In this document: positions 43,690-43,883 of the stretch, piece after piece | Layout: every line of letters starts with the position of its first letter | How positions within the stretch are numbered: the stretch's first letter is position 1 | Source of the DNA: Naegleria gruberi | Lineage: Eukaryota | Assembly: GCA_000004985.1 (NCBI GenBank) | Contig: GG738970.1 | Length of the DNA stretch: 43,883 nucleotides | Reading direction: 5' to 3' (one strand) | The notes under the pieces: generated by a model | What the model saw: only the letters and a program-made list of their open reading frames with translations | Database searches by the model: none | Told to the model about the DNA's origin: nothing | Position numbers and translations under genes: made by a program

Positions 43690-43854
43690 ACCATGACGAC
43701 GAACCAACCAGAAATTACCTCATTCCTCAGTTTCGTCCTGCCTTCTCACGCAGCGAAACTAAACCCTCAACGCCAGACGCTGTCAGCAATCACACAGCCC
43801 TAAAAAAAAACCTCAACGTTGCTCTCTGTTCAACAAACAAAAAACCTTTATAAA
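43690..43854 (+). promoter_or_regulatory. C-rich, G-poor strand-asymmetric leader / promoter-like region upstream of an ATG at the window edge
   Basis: The region reads ccctcaacgccagacgctgtcagcaatcacacagccctaaaaaaaaacctcaacgttgctctctgttcaacaaacaaaaaacctttataaaATG. This contrasts with the surrounding AT-rich DNA and is typical of 5' leaders of fungal genes. Confidence 0.25.
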
Positions 43855-43883
43855 ATGAGTGAAGCAGCAATTCTCAACGCTCA
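43855..43883 (+). CDS. Possible gene start (MSEAAILNA...) running off the window
   Basis: The ATG is in an A-rich context (tataaaATGagt). Only 9 codons are visible. Confidence 0.2.

Overview
This is an assembly scaffold segment. Only about 12.3 kb of the 43.9 kb is real sequence; the rest is three N-runs (5137-5186, 9479-13976, 15295-42333). The two giant ORFs in the supplied track (8993..14104 / 9471..13985 and 14997..42368 / 15212..42337) are translations of N and are artefacts.

The readable DNA is AT-rich, intron-bearing eukaryotic sequence, most plausibly an early-diverging, AT-rich fungus; that is inference from the content, not something a search confirmed. The evidence is GTAAGT-type splice donors, an intron-containing tRNA-Tyr, a Mutator-like (MULE) transposase, a retroelement reverse transcriptase relic, a P450 and (TA)n microsatellites.

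What I can support from the sequence:
1. A long open frame on the minus strand, 1252 to <1, which the ORF track missed because it runs off the window. It encodes the N-terminal 417 aa of a signal-anchor / double-Cache-like ectodomain / TM / HAMP sensor, probably a receptor-type nucleotidyl cyclase.
2. A compact Mutator-like (MULE) DNA transposon at 1297-3949. It has 9-bp target-site duplications (GAATAATAC), imperfect terminal inverted repeats, inverted subterminal AACGGG/CCGTTT repeats and an intact 633-codon transposase ORF carrying an N-terminal WRKY/GCM1-type zinc finger. The ORF has no in-frame ATG, and a 30-bp perfect hairpin sits at its 5' end.
3. Small hypothetical genes at 4749-5021 and 7964-7269 (minus). 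Next to a 50-N gap there is a duplicated fragment of the second gene and a duplicated 3' flank.
4. A truncated DIRS/LTR-type reverse transcriptase relic at 6928-7386.
5. A two-exon hypothetical gene at 8535-9478 that continues into the gap.
6. A cytochrome P450 fragment at 13977-14784 that lacks its C-terminal third.
7. A tRNA-Tyr(GUA) with a 15-nt intron on the minus strand at 42722-42809, with a Pol III T-run terminator.
8. A possible gene start at the extreme 3' edge.

I see no prokaryotic defence or operon-like system in the readable part. The most interesting items are the apparently recently inserted MULE element and the Cache-HAMP receptor gene.
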